The notes: generated by a model not told the origin, from the letters alone. A stretch of 64,000 nt of DNA from Polyangiales bacterium (GCA_046351515.1 JAXLYJ010000005.1:50892-114891); one strand, 5' to 3'. Counted from the stretch's first letter, positions 54,221-64,000 are shown. Translations and numbers: made by a program.

Positions 54221-55003
54221 GTGCCCATGAACACGCCACAACGAACCCTTCGCTGCGCCGCTTGCGGAGCGCACCCGCAATGGGTCGCGCTCGACTCCAA
54301 CGACCCGACCCCGACGCCGCTCTGCAGTCGCTGCGCGGTGGTCAACGACCGCGGTTCGAGGCCGCCTCCCACGGCTCCGACCCACGCGCTTCCGTCGGTG
54401 AAATCACTGGCAGAACACAGGCGCGGCTCGACGATCCCGACGCCGCTCGCGCTCGTCGCGGTCTTCGTCGCTTCGTTTCTTCCGCACGCTGCGGTCGCTC
54501 TGAGCGATTCGAGCGGACGGGTTCGACGCGCCTTCGACGCGGCGTGGCTCGCGCTGACCGAGGACGTTCGCGAGCCCGTGCTCGGCGCAGCGCGATCGCG
54601 GCCGCGGGCGCCGACGCCGCAGCCCATGATCGCGCCGCAAGCAGCGGTGATCCCCATCGCGACGATGGCGCCCACGCAACCGCAGTCGGTCCCGTCGATC
54701 TTGGTGACGAGGGACATCGCGCGGACGCTTCCTGCATCGGTCGGGATTCGGGAGGGAGATCGCATCACTCGGATCGACGATCGAACGATGACGGACTCGG
54801 GCTTCGGTCAGCGGGTCTGCACGGCGATGAAGCGGCGCTTCACGCTCGAATGGTGGCGAGACGAGCAGGTGATCCGTCGCACGCTGCAGTGCGCGACGCT
54901 CGATCATCGCGTCGAGCTCGAGCGTCGATCGAGGCTGCGCGTGGCGAGGATGCTCGCGACGAACGGCGGCGTCGCGCGGCGCGGGCTCGCGCAGCGCCGG
55001 TAG
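54221..55003 (+). CDS. hypothetical protein with N-terminal Cys4 zinc-ribbon, TM segment and PDZ-like domain
   Basis: CAACGAHPQW...CSRCAVV, then LALVAVFVASFL, then ILVTRDIARTLPASVGIREGDRITRIDDRTMTD (PDZ-like). Confidence 0.4.
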   Translation: MPMNTPQRTLRCAACGAHPQWVALDSNDPTPTPLCSRCAVVNDRGSRPPPTAPTHALPSVKSLAEHRRGSTIPTPLALVAVFVASFLPHAAVALSDSSGRVRRAFDAAWLALTEDVREPVLGAARSRPRAPTPQPMIAPQAAVIPIATMAPTQPQSVPSILVTRDIARTLPASVGIREGDRITRIDDRTMTDSGFGQRVCTAMKRRFTLEWWRDEQVIRRTLQCATLDHRVELERRSRLRVARMLATNGGVARRGLAQRR

Positions 55004-55063
55004 CGCTCGCGTTGGGTCGAGTATTTGCGCGGACGCTCGCGGATCTGATAACGGCTTCGGCGA

Positions 55064-56022
55064 TGACGGACCTCGCACGCGCGACCGCGAGCGGCGCAGA
55101 CGACTCGGTCTTCGTTGGGCTCGAGCGCGCGGGCGCCGGGGCGATGGCCTCGGTGTTTCGCGGGACGTACCTGCGCTCGGGGCGGACGGTGGCGGTGAAG
55201 CGAGTGCTTCCGGCGCTGACGCACAACGAGCACATCACGCAGATGTTCGCCGACGAGTGTCGCGTGCACTCGACGCTCGATCACCCGAAGGTGGTGCGCT
55301 ACGTCACGCACGGGCGCGACGCAGACGGAGCCTTTCTCGCGCTCGAATGGGTGGACGGGACGAGCGCTCGATCGTTTGTCGATCCCGAGCGCAAGCTGAC
55401 GACGGGCGCGGCGGTGGCGATGGCGCTCGACGTGCTCGACGCGCTCGACGCCTTGCACCGAGGGCGCGCGGCGAAGGTGGGACGCAGCGCGATTCTTCAC
55501 CGCGACATCTCTCCGGCCAACGTGCTCGTGGGGGCCGATGGCTTCGCGCGCCTCGCGGATTTCGGCCTCGCGAGGGTCTTCTCGTTCGCGCGCACCACGC
55601 CCCCGGAACCACCGCTGGAAAGCTCGGCTACCTCCTCCCGAAGTCCTCGCGGGGCGCATGCACACGACGCGCGGCGATCTGTACGCGCTCGGCGTGGTGC
55701 TCTGGGAGGTCCTCGCGGGCGAGCGCTTGATGGCGCACGTGAGCGACGCTGCAGAGCGCGCGCCAAGGCCTTTGTGATCGAGCCGCGCCGTCCGCTCGTG
55801 AGCGTTCGCCCCACGGTTTCGCCGGCGATCGCCGCGGTCATCGACAGGGCGCTCTCGCTCGATCCGGCGCAGCGCTTCGCGAGCGCCGAGGCGATGGCCA
55901 GCGCGGTTCGCGAGGCGGTCAGCCGCGACGAGTGGTCCAAGGCGCGCGATCAGCTCGCGATGGCCGCGCGCGGCGGGCACGTGCGCCGCTCGCGTCGGCG
56001 CTCGACGCGCTCGGTGAACTGA
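55064..56022 (+). CDS. Ser/Thr protein kinase (frameshifted)
   Basis: RGTYLRSGRTVAVKRV, HRDISPANVLV, DFGLARV in ORF 54169..56022. The activation segment/APE region is in the +1 frame (ORF 55257: GTTAGKLGYLLP; ORF 55538: GDLYALGVVLWEVLAGE). Confidence 0.6.
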
Positions 56023-56063
56023 GTCGATCCCGCGTCGCGCGCAGGGCTCGCTCGGGCAGAGCG

Positions 56064-57961
56064 TCACTCGTCGAGGGCGAACTCGACGCGGCCGAGCGCT
56101 CCATCGGCGCTCACCACTCGAACGCGCACCGCCTGTCCGACGGTGAAGCTTCGGCGAGCGCCCTTCATGTGCGTCTCGCGCGCGTCGAGCGAGAACGGCC
56201 CTCCTTGAATCGTGTCGATCGGGATCGTCCCTTCGACGAACGAGGCGTCGAGCTGCGCGATGATCCCAAACGATCGCAGCCGCGTGATGCGCGCAGAGAA
56301 CTTCTGCCCGACGCGATCGGCCATGTACCGCGCGAGGATCATCTTGCGACGGTCGTTTTCAGCGCGCGTCGCGCCGCGAGCGCGCTCGTTGATGTGCCGC
56401 GCGAGCGCTTCGAGCGAGGGTCTCCGAGCGACCAGTCGCGCCGTCCTCGGAGGTATTGCTTGATCGTGCGGTGCACTTCGAAGTCCGCGTACCTGCGCAA
56501 CGGCGAGGTAAAATGCAGGTAGAGCGGCGCTGCGAGCCCGAAGTGCATCGAGGGCGTGACCTGATAGCGCGCCGGTCCCAGCGAGCGCAACAGCACCGCG
56601 CGGATCGCGGGCTCGTACGGAGAGCCGTCGATCTGCGCGTCGAAGGCCGCGAGCGACAGCGGGCTCAGCTTGGTCCCGAAGCCCGCCGCGTAGCCGAAGT
56701 TCTCGGCGATCTCGGCGAACTCGATCACCGCTTCTTCGCCAGGGATCTCGTGCACGCGCAAGAGCGACGGGACGCCGCGCTCGGTGAGCCATCGCGCGAT
56801 CGCCTCGTTGGCGGCGACCATGAAGCGCTCGATCATCACGTGCGCGCTGTTGGCCTTGTGCGCCTCGACCGCGCTCGCTTGTCCTGTCGCGGGATCGACG
56901 GTGATCTTCGCCTCGTCTTGCGCGATGCGAACGCCGCCGCGGCGCGCGCGAAACGCTCCCAATCGAGCGCTCGCGGCGCGAAACCACGGCATCGACCCGC
57001 GCACCTTGTCGACCGCCGGGCTCATCGCGCCCGAGTCGAGAAACGCCGCGCACTCGTCGTAGTCGAGCCTGGCGAACGAGCGGATCACCGACTCGTACAC
57101 GTCGACCGAGCTGACGTTGCCCTCGGGGTCGATGCGCATCTCGCAGGTGAGCGTGCGGCGATCGACCTCGGGGTGCAGTGAGAGGTGTCCCGATGAGAGC
57201 TCATCGGGCAGCATCGGCAGCGTGCGTCCCGCGAGGTACGTGCTCGTCGCGCGCGCGCGCGCTTCGCGGTCGAGCGCGGTGTCCTTCTCGATGAAGTCCG
57301 ACGGGTCCGCGATCGAGACGAACAGCCGCAGCGCTCCGTCGCGGTCCGCAGGAGCACAGAGATCGCGTCGTCGATGTCGCGCGTCACGGGCGCATCGACG
57401 GTCACCGTCGGGACCGCGCGCAGATCGCGCCGTCCTTCGAGCGAGTGCGGACGGCGGGCGAGGGCCTTGGCTTGCGCGAGCGCTTCGTCGCTCCAGTCGG
57501 TGAGGATGCGGTGCCGCGCGATCACGCGCGCGCGAGCGAGGGATCTTCGCCCGATCCCGTGCGCTTCTTCAGCTCGAGGCTCTGTCCGCGGATCGTGGCG
57601 ATCACGGTCTCGCCGGGCTCGACGTTTTGCCCGCGCGTGTCCAGCGGCCAGTCCGTGTTGCTCACCTCGCGGTCGACCTTCACGAACAGGGCGCCGCGGC
57701 GCGAGACCACTTCGCCGACGAGCTCGCTGCGCGGACGCTCGTAGAGCGTGAGGTCCGTGGCGCTCCAACGGCCGTCCTCTCCGCGCACGACGCACCCGGC
57801 GACGACGTCGTCCGAGAGAAAAGGATTGAGGGCCGGCGGCGCGATGAACGCGCGCAGGATGGACTTGGACTCTCCTCGCCATCCACTTCGAGAAAGCCGA
57901 AGCCCCTTGGATTCACAACGACGCGCCCCACCACGTCGCGTCGGTCTTGCATGTCACTCAT
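56064..57961 (-). CDS. RNase II/R-family 3'-5' exoribonuclease (cold-shock/OB N-terminus, RNB catalytic domain, C-terminal S1 domain); frameshifted
   Basis: N-terminus DVVGRVVVNPRGFGFLEVDGEE (OB fold) in ORF 57680..58063. RNB signature HFGLAAPLYLHFTSPLRRYADFEVHR in ORF 56339..57214. S1-like C-terminus FTVGQAVRVRVVSADGALGRVEFALDE in ORF 56064..57053. Confidence 0.7.
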
Positions 57962-58110
57962 TCGCCGCCGAGGGTGCGCACGAAGCGCGAAGAAGAAAAG
58001 CCCCTTCGCCCGCGGTCGATCGGCGATCGCCCACGGTCGGAGGGAGAAACGCCGAGAGATCACGGCCCCGCTCGAGCTCGATCGGGGCTGTGATTTCAGC
58101 GCTGGGTTGA

Positions 58111-59360
58111 TTACGTGGGCGCCTTCACCACGCCGATCGGGACGAGCTCGGTCACCACTTCGAGCAGGTCGCTTTGCGCCGCGATCACCGCGTCGACGTC
58201 TTTGTATCCGTGGCCGCGCTCGTCGAGCACGCCCGCGGGATCGTGCGTGACCAAGGTGATTCCCTTCTCGGTCATCTCGCGGAGCATCGACGCGGTGGCG
58301 TCGCGCTTGGCCGCTTCGGTCGCGTCCTTGTCGACGCGCGCGTAGCCTCCTTGTCGCGGAAGACCTCGCCGTTCTCGTCCTTCACGTACACCTTGGGCAT
58401 CATCTGCCCGCGGGACTTCTTGCGGCCCGCGCCGTGCGACACCGACGCGTGCGAGAGCGAGCAGCCCGTGCCGCGGCACAGAAAGCTCTTGGTCTCCATC
58501 GAGCCCGGGATCGTCACGTACGCGCCCGCCGGAGCGGACACTGCACCCTTTCGATGCACGTACACGTCGCGGCCATCCCAGCGCTCTTTCGACAAGAAGT
58601 TGTGGTGCGTCTGGACCACCATCGCGACCTCGTACGGACCGAGGACGTCGCCGATCGCGCGCTCGCACGCCGCTCGGATCAGCTCTCGGTTCGCCTCTGC
58701 GTATCGCAGGCAAAACGCTTGTTCTGCGAGGTAGCCGCGGCCCTCATCGCTGTCGACCGGCAAGAACGGAAACCCCTTCGGGTAGCTCGCGCCCAGGCGC
58801 TCGCACAGCTGTTCAGCGAGCGAGTGATAGTGACCGTTGACCGCCTGACCGAGGCCGCGCGATCCCGAGTGGACCATCACCCAGAGGTTTCCTTCGGAGT
58901 CCTTCTGCAGCTCGCAGAAGTGGTTTCCGCCGCCGAGCGTTCCGAGTTGACGCGAAGCGCGCGAGGCGTTCTTCGCGACGACCGGCTCGATCGAGTCGGT
59001 GAAGGACGGCATCGCCGTCGACTCGTTGTCGTTGATGAGCTTGCAGACCGCGTCGTTCACGCGGGCCAGGATCTTCGCGGCGATCGAGGGCGAGACGACC
59101 GCTGCGCGCAGCGACGTCTTCATCAAGATCATCCCGCAGCCGATGTCGCCGGAGATCACGTCGGGCACGATCAGGTTCTCCGTTCCGAACACCGTTCCGA
59201 TCGGAACTCCCTTTCCCGCGTGAGCGTCCGCCATCAACGCGAGCTCACCGACGATCGACGGCAGCTCGGCGATGCGCTCGATCTGCTCGATGGCGTTCGC
59301 GTCGAGCTCCTGCGCGAAGATTCGAACCGTCTTTCCGTTGGGCGTCGTGTGCAGCTTCAT
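58111..59360 (-). CDS. rtcB: RNA-splicing ligase RtcB (3'-phosphate/5'-OH RNA ligase)
   Basis: MADAHAGKGVPIG, GGNHFCEL, and the HGAGR active site with its conserved His in ORF 58272..59360. After a frameshift near 58350 the C-terminus YKDVDAVIAAQSDLLEVVTELVPIGVVKAP is in ORF 58111..58713. RBS GGAGGAAC. Confidence 0.9.
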
Positions 59361-59500
59361 GGTGTTCCTCCGTCACTCGTGGGTGACGCGGAGGACAACT
59401 TCACGATGCGTGCCGAGGCCGCGGGCACAGATTCTACACATCAAAGCGAGATGCCGTATTGTTTTGGATATAGCGAAGTATTCAAATGGATAGATGCGCC

Positions 59501-60111
59501 TCAGCGCACGCGCTCGACCGCGCCGTCGCGCACTCGCAGCACGCCGTCGCACCACGCGATGAGCTCTTCATCGTGCGTGGCGACGAGCGCCCCCGACGGC
59601 CGCTCGCGCAGCTCGTCGAAGAGCGATCTGCGCGCGTCTCGATCGAGCCCGTCGCTCGGCTCATCGAGCAGCCACCACGGGGGCTCTCGACGCGCGCCAT
59701 CAACAAGTGCGCTCGCTTGCGCTGTCCCAGAGAGAGCGTTCGGTACCGCTGCGCGCCGATGAGCTCGATCGTCGCGCGCGACCGTTCGTCCTGCGGAACC
59801 TCGCTTCGACGCAGCCCCGCGCACAGCTCGACGAGCTCGTTGACCGTCAGGTGCTCGGGATACGACGGCTCTTCGGGCACGATCGCGCATCGTCGCTGAA
59901 GCTCGTCACGATCGCGCGCGAGCGAGCGCCCGTCGATCTCGACCTCGCCGCCGCCGTGGTCGATCGCTCCGATGATCGCGCGCAGCAGCGTGGACTTGCC
60001 GCTTCCGTTGGCGCCGACCACCGCGAGCAGACCGCGGGGCCACTCGAGGCTCACCGAGTCGAGCACGAGCCGATGGCCCAACCGCACAGAGAAGTCTCGC
60101 ACTCGAATCAT
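59501..60111 (-). CDS. ABC transporter ATP-binding protein (CcmA-like, ~203 aa)
   Basis: Walker A GANGSGKST, signature LSLGQRKR, Walker B WLLDEPSDGLD, H-loop ATHD; across ORF 59482..61152 (N-terminal part) and 59501..59890. The ATG overlaps the permease stop (ATGA). Confidence 0.7.
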
Positions 60112-61152
60112 CGTCGCACCGAAGCCGCCAGCGCGAGCGCGACGAGCACGCACGCCGTGACGACCGACTGAGAGGGAGTGGCCACGAGCGCGAGGATCAC
60201 CGCCGCGATCGTGCAGAGCACCGCGGCGCCGCCCGCGTCGATCTCGCGCCGCGCGCACTGCTCGACGCACATCGCGACGGCGAGCCACTGCGCAGCGAAC
60301 GCGAGCGCGGCGAGCAGCGAAGCGCGAACGCCGAGAGGGCTCGCAGCGATGCTCGCGCAGCTCGCTCCGACGAGCGACGGCAGCGCCCACGTCGCGATGC
60401 GGCCTGCGCGTCGAGCGGTGGACCGTGCGCCGGGCTGCGTCGCGAGCACGAGCGAGAGCGACTGCTCGGACTCGCGAACGACCGTGACGATCGCGGCCGA
60501 CACCGCGCCAGAGGCCACGAGCAAGAGCACCGTCGCGAGGCTCGATTGCGCGGTCGGCGCGATGCGCGTGTTGAAGACGGCGATCGTGGACAAGAGCGTC
60601 GCTGCGAGGGGAGCGCCGCGGATCGCGCGAGCGGCGACGGGGCGACGCGCGCGGCGAAGCGGAGGTGGGCGACGAGCAGGCCGCTCGGCGAGGGCGCGCT
60701 GCGCGTGGGCGCGCTTCGAGCGCGCGGGCGATCGAGCGAAACGCGAGGGTCGCGAGGGCGGCGACGAGCGCGGCGAGAAGGCCCACGAGCGCTCCTTCGC
60801 CGCGCGCGAAGAAGGCGCCGACGATCGCGTGGGGAGCGAGCGTGGGGGCGGTGAGCGTCGCGAATCGGTCGAGCGACGAGAGCGGCAGCGCGCGAACGAA
60901 CGCGAGCTCGTCGCGCTCGAGCACGCGCGCGGCGCGGACGTGCACGACGGACCACAGGGCGAGGGCGAGGGCGGCGATCGCGGGGGTCGCGCGCAGGCCG
61001 CGAGTGATGTCGCGCGCGTCGAGCCCGTTGGGGCCGAGGAGCACTGCGCCGAACACGAGCAACGCGAGCCACAGCCCAGCGAGCTTTGCGATGACGGAGC
61101 GAGCGACGATCGAGGCGAGCGTGAAGCGCGCGCGGAGCGCGGGCGAGGGCAC
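60108..61152 (-). CDS. ABC transporter permease / polytopic membrane protein (frameshifted)
   Basis: Hydrophobic multi-TM translation from the GTG/ATG at 61152 (MPSPALRARFTLASIVARSVIAKLAGLWLALLVFGAVLL...). It continues in ORF 60108..60593 (MSTIAVF...LVALALAASVRR) and is translationally coupled to the ATPase. Confidence 0.45.
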
Positions 61153-61198
61153 GGCGGAGTAACGGGCGGAGGGCGGGGAGTGTTCCGAAAGGGAAAGA

Positions 61199-61332
61199 GG
61201 TTTTGTAGAGTGAGGGGACGGTGTTCAAAAGTTCATTTGTTGGTCTCAACGCGACTCAACGGCCCCTGCCACTGAGCCAAACTGAGACCAACAAATGAAC
61301 TTTTGAACACCGTCCCCTAGCTCTACAAAACC
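61199..61332. promoter_or_regulatory. 134-bp AT-rich element: two ~50-bp near-perfect inverted repeats (48/50) around a 34-bp spacer, in the rtcR / ABC-rtcB divergent intergenic region
   Basis: Left arm 61199-61248 ggttttgtagagtgaggggacggtgttcaaaagttcatttgttggtctca. Right arm 61283-61332 is its reverse complement except tga/cta. Each arm holds GTTCA-N3-GTTCA. The spacer carries TGGCAG-N5-GTTGA on the minus strand. GC ~42% against ~70% for the window. Confidence 0.6.
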
Positions 61333-61378
61333 CCCTCGGAACGCCGTCGCTCGTTGCGATACGCTGCCGCTCGCCGCG

Positions 61379-62953
61379 ATGGCCGAGCCCCGCGAGAGAG
61401 TGCTGATCAGCGTCGTCGGGCAGCGCTTCGACGCCCCCAAGCAATGGAGGCCCACGCTCGTCTGCACGATGCACCCCGAGGTCGTCGCGTTCGATCGCGT
61501 GGTGCTCATCGAGCAGCCCGGCGCCGAGGTCGTGACCGAGATGCTCATCCGAGACATCGAGCGCGCGAACAAGGGGCGCTCGATCGCGTGCGAGCGCGTC
61601 GCGATCGACCTGAAGAATCCCTGGTCGTTCGAGGAGGTCTACGCGAAGTTCTACGCGTTCGCTCGGGCGCGATCGTGGCGCGAGCGCGACGAGCACTACG
61701 TGCACATGACGACCGGGACGCACGTGATGCAGATCGTCTGGTACCTGCTCGTGAGCGAGCGCTTCGTCCCTGCGAAGCTCGTGCAGAGCGCGCCGCCGAA
61801 GGGACGGGACCGCGCGGATCTCGGCGCCCTCGACGTGGTGGACCTGGATCTGTCCCGCTATCCCTCGATCGCGCGGCAGCGACACGCGCAGCAGCTCGAG
61901 GGCGAGTCGCTGCTGAAAATGGGGATCGAGACGCGGTCGCCTGCGTACAACGCGGTGATCGAGCGGCTGCAGAGGGCGGCGTTGGGACCGGCCGTTCCGC
62001 TCTTGTTGTGGGGCGAGACCGGCGTGGGAAAGAGCGCCCTCGCACGCCGCGTGTACGCCCTGCGAAAACAGTCGCGCTCGATCGCGGGGCCGCTCGTCGA
62101 AGTGAACTGCGCCACGCTGCGCGGGACGCTGCGAGAGAGCGCCCTCTTCGGCCACAAGAAGGGCGCGTTCACCGGCGCAGACCGCGATCGAAAGGGCTAC
62201 CTGCGCGCGGCCCACGGCGGAATGCTCTTTCTCGACGAAGTCGCCGAACTCGGCCTCGAAGAGCAAGCCATCTTGCTCACCGCCATCGAAGAGGGCCGCT
62301 TCTATCCCTTGGGCGCCGACGAGCCCGAGCGCTCGCAGTTCGCCCTCGTCTGCGGAACCAACCGCGATCTGCGCGCCGAAGTCCGCGCTGGACGCTTTCG
62401 CGACGACCTGCTCGCGCGCATCAGCACCTGGTCCTTTCGCTTGCCCGCCCTGCGCGAGCGCCGCGAAGACATCGAGAGCAACGTCCGCTTCGAGCTCGAT
62501 CGCTTCACCGAGACGTACCGCTCGAACGCGCGCTTCTCTCGCCCCGCGCTCGCGAAGTACCTCGCGTTCGCCAAGAGCGACGAGGCGCGTTGGCCCCATA
62601 ATTTCAGGGACCTCTCGCAGAGCGTGCTTCGAATGGCCTCGTCCGCGAGCGAAGGGCTCATCGACGTCGACGACGTGGCGCGCGAGATCGCAACGCTGCT
62701 CGAAGCGTGGGGACCGGTCGCCGAGCTCGCCGTTCCTGCGCGCTCGCCGGAGGACCGCTCGCGCGATCGCGTCGATCAAGTGCTGGTCGAGACCGTGATC
62801 GCGGCGCTGCGACGTTCGAAGTCCCTCGCGGCCGCCGGACGTCTGCTGTTCGACGGTGAAGCGAAGGCTGGCCGATCGGTCAACTACTCGGACCGCGCGC
62901 GAAAGCTCTGCCTGCGGCTCGCGATCGATCCCGCTGCATATTTAGCAAGATGA
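61379..62953 (+). CDS. rtcR: sigma-54-dependent transcriptional activator RtcR (CARF-type N-terminal domain, AAA+ sigma-54 interaction domain, C-terminal HTH)
   Basis: Collinear with E. coli RtcR along its whole length: KQWRPTL, HMTTGTHVMQIVW, LDLSRYPSIA, GETGVGKSALARR (Walker A), VEVNCATLRG, GAFTGA (GAFTGA loop), ARISTWSFRLPALRERREDIE, AKSLAAAGRLLF. Confidence 0.9.
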   Translation: MAEPRERVLISVVGQRFDAPKQWRPTLVCTMHPEVVAFDRVVLIEQPGAEVVTEMLIRDIERANKGRSIACERVAIDLKNPWSFEEVYAKFYAFARARSWRERDEHYVHMTTGTHVMQIVWYLLVSERFVPAKLVQSAPPKGRDRADLGALDVVDLDLSRYPSIARQRHAQQLEGESLLKMGIETRSPAYNAVIERLQRAALGPAVPLLLWGETGVGKSALARRVYALRKQSRSIAGPLVEVNCATLRGTLRESALFGHKKGAFTGADRDRKGYLRAAHGGMLFLDEVAELGLEEQAILLTAIEEGRFYPLGADEPERSQFALVCGTNRDLRAEVRAGRFRDDLLARISTWSFRLPALRERREDIESNVRFELDRFTETYRSNARFSRPALAKYLAFAKSDEARWPHNFRDLSQSVLRMASSASEGLIDVDDVAREIATLLEAWGPVAELAVPARSPEDRSRDRVDQVLVETVIAALRRSKSLAAAGRLLFDGEAKAGRSVNYSDRARKLCLRLAIDPAAYLAR

Positions 62954-62960
62954 CCGCGGG

Positions 62961-64000
62961 TCAGAAAACGTGAAACGGGTCGCGGTCGCGGTCGAAATCG
63001 CGAACTCGACGCCGTGCAGCGCCTCGGCGAGGCGATCCTGAGCACGCGCAGCGTGGCGCGCTCGGAGTTCGAGTGGAGGGTCATGATGATCGTGGTGTTG
63101 GCGTTGGCGGCGCGAAGCGCGTCGTGGTGGCGCATCTCCCCGAGCACGAAGAGGTCGGCCTTCGCCCGCAGGACCGAAGAGAGCATTTCGCCGGTCGCGC
63201 CCGCGCCGACAGCGGCGGTGTGCACGGTCCTCTCGGTCGGTCCTGCGACGAGCAGGTGATCGACGCCGAGCGCGGATTTGAGCCGCGAGACGATGGTGGC
63301 GACCGAGGCGGGCTCAGTGAGCGGGCCGATGCGACCGAAGCCCTTGTGCTCGCTCACCGCGGCGAGCCGCACGAGGTCGAACGCGGGAGTCTCGTACGGG
63401 TGTGACGCTCGGTGGGCGCGAAGGACGGCGTCGAGCTTGTGCACGGGAACCAGCGTTTCGAGCCGGATTTCGGCCGCGCGCTCGAGTTGCCCTGCCTTGC
63501 CCACGACGGGGTTGGTGCTGTCGGGGGCGCCGAAGAACGTTCCCTCGCCGGGGGTTCGAAACGAGCACTGCGAGTACTCGCCGATGCGCCCTGCGCCCGC
63601 TTCGAACAGCGCGTTCGCGACGGCGTCGACGCTCTCTTGCGGGACGAAGGTGACGAGCTTGAAGTGCGTGTCCTTGGGCTGCTGCGGGTCGAGTCCCGCG
63701 CGCTTGTCGCGGTCGATCCCCACCGCGTCCGCCAGAACGTCGTTCGTCCCGCCTTCGGCCGCGTCGAGCGCGGTGTGCGGAGAGTAGATGGCGATGCGGT
63801 CTCGCACGGCGTCGAAGGCGATCGAGCCTCGCGTGACGCGCGAGACGGGCTTGAAGATCGGCGGGTGATAGGCGAGCACGGCGCTCGCCGCCATCGCGCG
63901 CGCTTGTTCGTAGACCGCCGGCGTCAGGTCGATCGCGAGCAACACTCGCGAGAGCATGGCGTCCGGGTCTCCGACGAGCAGGCCGACGTTGTCCCAGTCA
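62961..64000 (-). CDS. Nif3-family (YbgI/YqfO, dinuclear metal centre) protein; 5' end beyond window end; frameshifted near the 3' end
   Basis: WDNVGLLVGDPDAMLSRVLLAIDLT (read across the window end), AYHPPIFKP, IAIYSPHTALDAAEGGTNDVLA, MRHHDALRA...TLHSNSER match the Nif3/NGG1p-interacting-factor-3 fold. Confidence 0.65.

Overview
This is a roughly 70% GC chromosomal segment and looks myxobacterial. The evidence is the GC content, several eukaryotic-type Ser/Thr kinases and a PP2C-like phosphatase, secreted proteins with PPC-domain repeats, many lipoproteins, and Arg-rich spurious ORFs in the wrong frames. Most of the window is housekeeping and envelope genes.

Recognisable genes (homology seen directly in the translations): argH, rpoN (sigma-54), murJ, engB, a tandem-rhodanese sulfurtransferase, eno, hpf, ptsN, gyrA, pspA, a GalE-like epimerase, a class-C-like beta-lactamase-fold hydrolase, cstA, an ArsB/NhaD-type permease, sspB, serA, an alpha/beta hydrolase, a GlcD-like FAD oxidase, rtcB, rtcR, an RNase II/R-family exoribonuclease and a Nif3-family gene.

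Sequence quality caveat. Many clearly conserved genes change frame by +/-1 one or more times: rpoN, murJ, engB, the rhodanese gene, gyrA, cstA, rtcB, sspB, pspA and the kinases. The breaks sit in G/C runs or GC-dinucleotide repeats. I read this as assembly indel error, not pseudogenisation. Gene coordinates below therefore span the frameshifts.

Findings of most interest:
- A non-canonical Rtc RNA-repair locus. rtcR (a CARF-domain sigma-54 activator) is divergent from ABC permease - ABC ATPase - rtcB - RNase II/R-like exoribonuclease. There is no rtcA.
- A 134-bp AT-rich element with ~50-bp near-perfect inverted repeats in the divergent intergenic region upstream of rtcR (MITE-like or operator-like).
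- An Hsp70 with a ~690-aa proline-rich disordered insertion at the interdomain linker, translationally abutting a small J-domain protein.
- A 102-bp palindromic repeat present as tandem pairs in two convergent intergenic gaps 5.3 kb apart.
- A TPR-dynamin-like GTPase immediately upstream of rpoN, and a textbook sigma-54 promoter motif (GGCAC-N5-TTGCA) reading antisense into its 3' end.

No tRNA, rRNA, CRISPR array, transposase or integrase was found.
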